Below are positions 43,651 to 48,688 of a DNA stretch of 48,688 nt, one piece after another; within the stretch, counting starts at the first letter, position 1, and every line of letters begins with the position of its first letter. The position numbers and the translations under genes are program-made. Below the pieces are notes generated by a model. That model made no database searches. It had not been told where the DNA came from and saw nothing but the letters and a program-made list of their open reading frames with translations. Source of the DNA: an uncultured Chryseobacterium sp. (GTDB lineage: Bacteria > Bacteroidota > Bacteroidia > Flavobacteriales_F > PHOS-HE28); NCBI GenBank assembly GCA_964592515.1, contig CAZQFG010000002.1, positions 1 to 48,688 on the forward strand, in the 5' to 3' direction.

Positions 43651-46224
43651 TCAGAAGCTGAAGGTCAGCATCGCGAAATAGTTGCGGCCGAAGAGGTAAC
43701 TGTATTTGGGCGGGAACCGGTTGGTGTCCGTGCGGTCGTAGCGGGCCTGTTCAAAGCCACCCACACGCAGGTCCTGGTTGTTCAGGATGTTGCTGATCGT
43801 GGCGTTCAGCGCAATGCGGTATTGGCGCTTGATCATCCACGACTTTCCGAGGAAAAGGTCCACGGTCATCCCCGGATCCACCTTGGTCTGGTCCAGCAAC
43901 ATGGCCACTTGTGGATCACTTTCCGCATAGGTGCCAATGGCCTCTGCAGTTCGGCGGTCCGGGTTGGGGTCCAGGTACATGTCATCGAAGTAGTTCGCGT
44001 TCACGCCGGCGAACCAGAACTTGGGCGAGTTGTAACGGAGGCCCAGCGATGCCGCGGTCTGTGGCATTCCGCCCACACGGAAATTCTCCCAATACACGGT
44101 GCGGTCCTCATCGAACACTTCGGGGCTGTTATCCCGGGTGATGGTGGCCTGGGGCCTTGAGGCGTAGCGGAAGTCGCCCGTGCCAAGCACGGCCGTTGCT
44201 GACCAGGTGCTCGTGAGGCTGGCTTCAACACCGATCTCAACTCCTTGGTGGACCTGGTCAACACCGGTCATCGAGTAGTTCACCAAGGTGCGGTACTCAT
44301 CGTGGTAAAAGCTGCGCGACCAGATCTGGTCCATCATCTTCGTGTAATACAGCGTCGCACGGCCCTTCACTCTAGGCGAGCGGATGATGTAGTTAATATC
44401 CCCGGAATAGATGGACTCATTGGTGAGGCCATCCACCACTTGCCCGCGAGTACGGGGAGAGATGAACGCCGTGCGCGGGATGGGTGGGCGGGTCATCCAA
44501 GCAGCATTCACGCTGATGAAATGACGGCCGCTCAATTTGCCGACCACGCCACCTTTCAATCCGTAAGAGAAGAAATTTTGGGTCTCCGACTTTCCCTGAC
44601 TTTCCTCGGGGAAACGACCGTTCCGCAAACGGCTATCACGCCAGAAGGCCGTGTAGGTCACTTCACCGCCACCATAAACCTCCACGTGCGCCCATTTCTT
44701 CTCATACTGCGCAAAGGCATTATAGAACCGCGTCTGGATGTCGTAATCATAGCCGAACGTGTCGCCCTTACGCACTACTTTATTTGGCTGGTCCAGGTCG
44801 TTCTGTGAGACCAGTGTATCGTTGAAGTCGCGGTCGGCGAACTGGTCCACATCCAACCAGAAATCTCCGCCCAACAAGTCGTCGACCACTTTGAAGTAGT
44901 GGGTCTTCTGTCGGTGGATGCTGCCGCCAACGGTCAGGTGCGCATCGTTCTCGAGTGTCTTGTCATATACTGAGTTGATGCCGATGCGAGTGGGATCAGC
45001 ACGCACTTCCTCCAGCACGTATTTGCTGCGATTGCCGGTGATGTTATTTCCAGCGATGCCGTTGGCGTTCTCTACAGTGTACAGGTTCTTGCCGTTAGCG
45101 AAATACAATTGGTCCCAGTTGATCTGCCGGGTGTTCACATCGGTACGCCAGGCCTCGGCAAGAATGGCAGCCTGTTCAGGGTCGTTCTGACCGTTCACCG
45201 AGAGTGATGGCGTATAATAGCTCGGCAGGTAGCGGTAGTAATCGGGGCGTGGGTCTTGGGCATCGAACCACTGTAGCCCTGAAAGTCCGTCCCTTCCAAA
45301 GGTGTAATACAATGAGGTGTTCCAATTGGTCTTCTCATCAGGTGTGTACCGGTGCGAGGCGATGAACATCGGTTTATGATCGAAGCTCATGCGTGCATTG
45401 CGCTTCACGCCATCCTGATAACCCCAGTTCGGATTATAGTAGTTGGTGCCTGCCAGATCATAGGCTTCCTGTACAGCAACCCCTTGCCGCCCTTGTAGCA
45501 TGGGAGCGCCGAATCCCGAGAAGCTGATGCTGTGCCGGTCATTGAACTTTTTTTCAGCGGCCAGGAAGTAGGCATATGCATCGAAACTGGTGCCTTCAGC
45601 GTAGCCTTCCTGGGCCCATCGGCGGGAGGCCGAGAAACTGAATGCCCATCCGTCCTTTCGCATACCCGTGGATGCGGTGACCATCAGTCGGTTTCGGTAA
45701 GCGCGGTCGGCGGATGCGTAGGAGACACGAACACCTTTTCGCACGTTGCTGGCCCGGACATTCAGGTCGGTGTAGCCACCCAGACCTCCGAAGTTGTATC
45801 GCGAAGGTGACACACCGGTCCGTACCTCCATGTATCGGGTCACGTCGTTCAGGCCGGCCCATTGGCTCCAGGTCGCCCACCCCGACTCCATATCATTGAC
45901 AAAGATGCCATTGATGCTTACCAGCATGTTCCGCGAGTCGTACCCGCGAACGCGATATCTGGCCGTGCCAAAGTTGAAACCAGCGGTAGCTGTGTAAACG
46001 TCACGGGATGATTGAAGGATCCCGGAGATGTCCTGGGCACCAAGTTCAGAATCAAGGTCGTCAGCCGTGACCGTGATCACCGGGACCCGGGGCACGTTGT
46101 TCTGAGTGGTGTCTGGTGCGGTCACCAATGTGGTATCGGTCTGTGCAACAGCGTTCAGTGAAACGAAAGTGCACAGGGCCAATGCGGGCAAGCACGACAG
46201 GCCGAAGCGTCGGGTTGTGATCAT
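43651..46224 (-). CDS. TonB-dependent receptor
   Basis: The track start at 46236 is a TTG. The ATG at 46224 gives MITTRRFGLSCLPALALCTFVSLNAVAQ, then a Plug (ARYRVRGYDSRNMLVSINGIFVNDMESG) and a long barrel ending ...NYFAMLTFSF. The lipoprotein gene follows after 4-28 nt. Confidence 0.9.
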   Translation of the reverse strand: MITTRRFGLSCLPALALCTFVSLNAVAQTDTTLVTAPDTTQNNVPRVPVITVTADDLDSELGAQDISGILQSSRDVYTATAGFNFGTARYRVRGYDSRNMLVSINGIFVNDMESGWATWSQWAGLNDVTRYMEVRTGVSPSRYNFGGLGGYTDLNVRASNVRKGVRVSYASADRAYRNRLMVTASTGMRKDGWAFSFSASRRWAQEGYAEGTSFDAYAYFLAAEKKFNDRHSISFSGFGAPMLQGRQGVAVQEAYDLAGTNYYNPNWGYQDGVKRNARMSFDHKPMFIASHRYTPDEKTNWNTSLYYTFGRDGLSGLQWFDAQDPRPDYYRYLPSYYTPSLSVNGQNDPEQAAILAEAWRTDVNTRQINWDQLYFANGKNLYTVENANGIAGNNITGNRSKYVLEEVRADPTRIGINSVYDKTLENDAHLTVGGSIHRQKTHYFKVVDDLLGGDFWLDVDQFADRDFNDTLVSQNDLDQPNKVVRKGDTFGYDYDIQTRFYNAFAQYEKKWAHVEVYGGGEVTYTAFWRDSRLRNGRFPEESQGKSETQNFFSYGLKGGVVGKLSGRHFISVNAAWMTRPPIPRTAFISPRTRGQVVDGLTNESIYSGDINYIIRSPRVKGRATLYYTKMMDQIWSRSFYHDEYRTLVNYSMTGVDQVHQGVEIGVEASLTSTWSATAVLGTGDFRYASRPQATITRDNSPEVFDEDRTVYWENFRVGGMPQTAASLGLRYNSPKFWFAGVNANYFDDMYLDPNPDRRTAEAIGTYAESDPQVAMLLDQTKVDPGMTVDLFLGKSWMIKRQYRIALNATISNILNNQDLRVGGFEQARYDRTDTNRFPPKYSYLFGRNYFAMLTFSF

Positions 46225-46369
46225 GGATGCTTCCAAGGGAAGGGTCGGGGGATGCGCTGAGGGCGGGTTCCAAATGGTCCTTTCGACATTCGGCCTTCGT
46301 ATGGATCTTGCGCCGAGCCGTATCCGGCAAGCATCAAGACATCGGGGCAGGCGTTCCGTGTAGGGCCGC

Positions 46370-46377
46370 CAAAATTA
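46370..46377 (-). promoter_or_regulatory. Candidate -7 box (TAATTTTG on the minus strand) for the TonB receptor operon
   Basis: The plus strand reads CAAAATTA, whose reverse complement matches TAnnTTTG. It lies about 145 nt upstream of the ATG at 46224. Confidence 0.3.
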
Positions 46378-46513
46378 AGTGAGGAAGCCGAACTTGGGAC
46401 GTTGCCTGAATGTTGCCATTTCATGTCCGTTGGGTCATCGGGAATGAGCTTGGGTTTCCGATCCCAGGCAACGTCAGTAAGTTGGCTGATCGTCAAGGGG
46501 ATAGGGCAAGTCT

Positions 46514-46521
46514 TACCTTTG
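46514..46521 (+). promoter_or_regulatory. Candidate -7 box (TACCTTTG) for the second adhesin
   Basis: The same octamer as upstream of sucA, 42 nt upstream of the ATG at 46564. Confidence 0.35.
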
Positions 46522-46563
46522 CATGCTTTACCCTCTAGGGGAGATGCGTCCAGTGCGCCCATC

Positions 46564-48688
46564 ATGATGCGTCGACATCTACTTTCTCTTGTGCTCCTGC
46601 TCGGGTCCTTGTTGCTTAACACGGAAAGGGTCAGGGCTGCGCATTATTCGGGAGGAAGCATCACGTACGAGTGTTTGGGAGGCAACATGTACCAGATCAC
46701 CTTGGACGTGTTCTTGGATTGTTCTGGTGTGGCCATCACTTCTCAATCCCTCAATTTCACCAATAGTTGTGGAGTAGCCTTCACCTTGAACAACATTCCG
46801 CAGATCTCTAGCGAGGAAGTGTCCCAGCTATGTCCGGCGAACATTGCGAACAGCACCTGCAATGGTGGAGCCTTACCCGGCTTCATCCATTACCAGTTCC
46901 AGACCACGCTGTTCCTGTCACCTTGTAATTTCTGGACCATCGCATGGGATATCTGTTGCCGGAATGACCTGCAGAACGTCGAGGACACCCCGGGGATCTA
47001 CCTGGCCGCAACATTGAACAACGCGGGTGGACTTTGTGATCAAAGTCCGGATTTCGCCGAGAATACGGTCCCGTTCTTCTGCGTCAACCAACCGGTCACC
47101 TACAACTTGGGTGTTTCCGATGCAGATGGTAATACCATGGTGTTCTCATTCGTCAGTGGTCAAACGGTATCCCCTCTTCTGGGGCCGTTGAACTACTCAC
47201 CAGGTTACAGCGGCACCGAGCCCATTCCAGGGATAGAGATCGACCCGGCCTCTGGCCAGATCACGTTCACTCCTACGGTCACGGGCAACTATGCCATTGT
47301 GGTCCAAGTGGCCACTTACAATGCCAGTGGTGTGCTTATCGGAACAGTGTTGAGGGATATCATGATCGTGGTGCAGAACTGCTTTGATCCGCCGCCGACA
47401 ACGCCAGGACTGAGCAATGCGAACGGTGGACTGATCACAGGATCCAGTACAATAGAGGTATGTGATGGTGTGCCGTTCTGCGTGGATATGGTCTTTTCAG
47501 ATCCCGTTCCAGCAACGGTGATCAGTGTGGTATCTGACGTGGTTGCCCAGCTTCCGGGCTCCACGTTCACTGTGGTCGGAACGAATCCCGCAGTGGCTAC
47601 CATTTGCTGGACCCCCGATCCGGCATTCTCACCAGCGAACATCCTTCTGACGGCAACGGACAATGCGTGTCCCATTTCAAATGTCGTTAACAGCTCAGCC
47701 TTTATTACCGTGGTACAGCCACCGCCAACGGTCCCGGATGCTGGAACCCCTGCTTCCGTATCAAGTTGCTCTGGTGGTGCACCTATCAACCTGTTCGCCC
47801 AGTTGGGTGGTACTCCGGACGCTGGTGGTGTCTGGACAGCTCCTGATGGTTCTTCGCACAGCGGCTTTTTCACACCGGGTGTGGATGCGTTCGGCGTTTA
47901 TACCTATGTGGTAGGTAATGCTTGTGACAATGCATCGGCAACAGTGACCGTGTCATCGGCGGGTGGTCCAAATGCTGGAACGAACGGCGCGCTCACGGTG
48001 TGCAGCAATGGAGCATCGGTTCCGTTGATCGGGCAATTGGGTGGCACACCTGATGCAGGAGGAACGTGGAGCGGACCAAGCCCTGTGGTGGGAGGACTCT
48101 ATGCTCCCGCCACAATGGCTCCGGGGATCTACACCTATACGGTGATCGGTGTGGCCCCTTGTGCGAACGTGACATCAACAGTGACCGTCACAGAGAATGC
48201 AGCCCCCGACGCTGGCACGAACGGCATATTGACCCTATGCAGTAATAGTGCAGCTGCATCTCTGTTCGCGCAACTTGGAGGGACGCCGCAGGCCGGCGGA
48301 ACATGGAGCGGCCCCAGCGCGGTGGTGGGAGGTAATTATAACCCAGCCACTATGAACCCTGGTGTGTACACATACACATTGACAGGTGTGGCACCCTGCG
48401 CGAACACGACGGCCACTGTGACGGTGACCGAGAACCCTTCGACGAATGCTGGCACGAACGGCACGTTGACGGTATGCAGCAACGGTGCAGCAGTTTCGTT
48501 GTTCGCACAACTTGGCGGCACTCCGCAAGCCGGTGGTGCTTGGAGCGGCCCGAGCGCGGTAGTGGGAGGCAATTATAACGGAGCCACGATGAACCCTGGC
48601 GTGTATACCTACACAGTGACGGGTATCGCCCCTTGCACGAACGCAACAGCCACGGTGACGGTCACGGAGAACACTGCAACGAACGCGG
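46564..48688 (+). CDS. Second giant repeat adhesin, 5' part only (open at window end)
   Basis: Not in the ORF track because no stop is reached. My translation is MMRRHLLSLVLLLGSLLLNTERVRAAHYSGGSITYECLGGNMYQITLDVFLDCSG...WDICCRN...SDADGNTMVFSF..., with no in-frame stop through 48688. It is homologous to the head of the 8445-18230 protein and is followed by a different tandem repeat. Confidence 0.88.
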   Translation, partial: MMRRHLLSLVLLLGSLLLNTERVRAAHYSGGSITYECLGGNMYQITLDVFLDCSGVAITSQSLNFTNSCGVAFTLNNIPQISSEEVSQLCPANIANSTCNGGALPGFIHYQFQTTLFLSPCNFWTIAWDICCRNDLQNVEDTPGIYLAATLNNAGGLCDQSPDFAENTVPFFCVNQPVTYNLGVSDADGNTMVFSFVSGQTVSPLLGPLNYSPGYSGTEPIPGIEIDPASGQITFTPTVTGNYAIVVQVATYNASGVLIGTVLRDIMIVVQNCFDPPPTTPGLSNANGGLITGSSTIEVCDGVPFCVDMVFSDPVPATVISVVSDVVAQLPGSTFTVVGTNPAVATICWTPDPAFSPANILLTATDNACPISNVVNSSAFITVVQPPPTVPDAGTPASVSSCSGGAPINLFAQLGGTPDAGGVWTAPDGSSHSGFFTPGVDAFGVYTYVVGNACDNASATVTVSSAGGPNAGTNGALTVCSNGASVPLIGQLGGTPDAGGTWSGPSPVVGGLYAPATMAPGIYTYTVIGVAPCANVTSTVTVTENAAPDAGTNGILTLCSNSAAASLFAQLGGTPQAGGTWSGPSAVVGGNYNPATMNPGVYTYTLTGVAPCANTTATVTVTENPSTNAGTNGTLTVCSNGAAVSLFAQLGGTPQAGGAWSGPSAVVGGNYNGATMNPGVYTYTVTGIAPCTNATATVTVTENTATNA
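47737..48688 (+). repeat. Tandem 78-79-aa (234-237 nt) coding repeats of the second adhesin (4 complete units, 5th begins at the edge)
   Basis: Unit starts are at 47737, 47971, 48208, 48445 and 48682. The unit reads NAGTNGxLTVCSNGAAVSLFAQLGGTPQAGGxWSGPSAVVGGNYNxATMNPGVYTYTVTGxAPCxNxTATVTVTEN. The first unit is more divergent. Confidence 0.88.

Noticed and set aside
46225-46377. The ~145-nt putative leader of the TonB receptor, checked for a riboswitch (for example cobalamin) because TonB receptors often carry one.
   Set aside because: I could find no B12-box-like GCCACTG element or other riboswitch core in the minus-strand RNA. Only a 5-bp hairpin (CUUCC-CUU-GGAAG) lies next to the start codon.
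1-48688. A search for mobile elements, tRNA/rRNA genes and defence systems (restriction-modification, toxin-antitoxin, CRISPR-Cas, Abi-like genes).
   Set aside because: No transposase, integrase or recombinase motifs, no tRNA-like T-loop/acceptor structures in the intergenic regions, no terminal inverted repeats and no defence-gene signatures were seen. Apart from the hypothetical proteins at 4212-7965 and 39149-39787, all sizeable ORFs are explained by envelope, metabolic, transport or adhesin functions.

Overview
GC-rich chromosomal segment with Bacteroidota (Flavobacteriia/Cytophagia-like) gene content. All family names below come from by-eye motif recognition; no searches were run.

Left to right:
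- sucA-sucB (2-oxoglutarate dehydrogenase E1/E2).
- A ~4-kb patch of small secreted or hypothetical proteins.
- A three-gene type IX secretion (T9SS) cargo module: a ~3,260-aa repeat adhesin with a type-B (CHU_C / gliding-motility) C-terminal domain, a PorP/SprF-family protein, and a TPR-PD40-OmpA protein.
- A minus-strand run: NifU, a barrel-less TonB-receptor plug protein, an ECF sigma factor, an anti-sigma-like protein.
- A putative metal-uptake trio: small HYC_CC_PP-like protein, TonB-dependent receptor, HMA-domain protein.
- A gamma-carbonic-anhydrase-family protein.
- The conserved envelope cluster CBS, Omp85-like, nadK, DUF6089-like, uppS, bamA, skp, skp, murI (all minus strand).
- Divergent from that cluster: pdxJ, alpha/beta hydrolase, hypothetical, EEP nuclease/phosphatase.
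- A minus-strand TonB receptor, DUF5689-like lipoprotein and T9SS-secreted paralogue.
- A second giant adhesin running off the right edge, which the ORF track does not list.

No rRNA, tRNA, CRISPR array, transposase or integrase was recognised. Several ORF-track starts are over-extended or non-ATG and were re-placed from signal peptides, neighbouring stops and family N-termini.

The most interesting material is the pair of giant adhesins, which share a head but have different stalks, and their accessory genes. Next are the barrel-less plug / ECF sigma unit and the TonB receptor / permuted-paralogue / nuclease locus.
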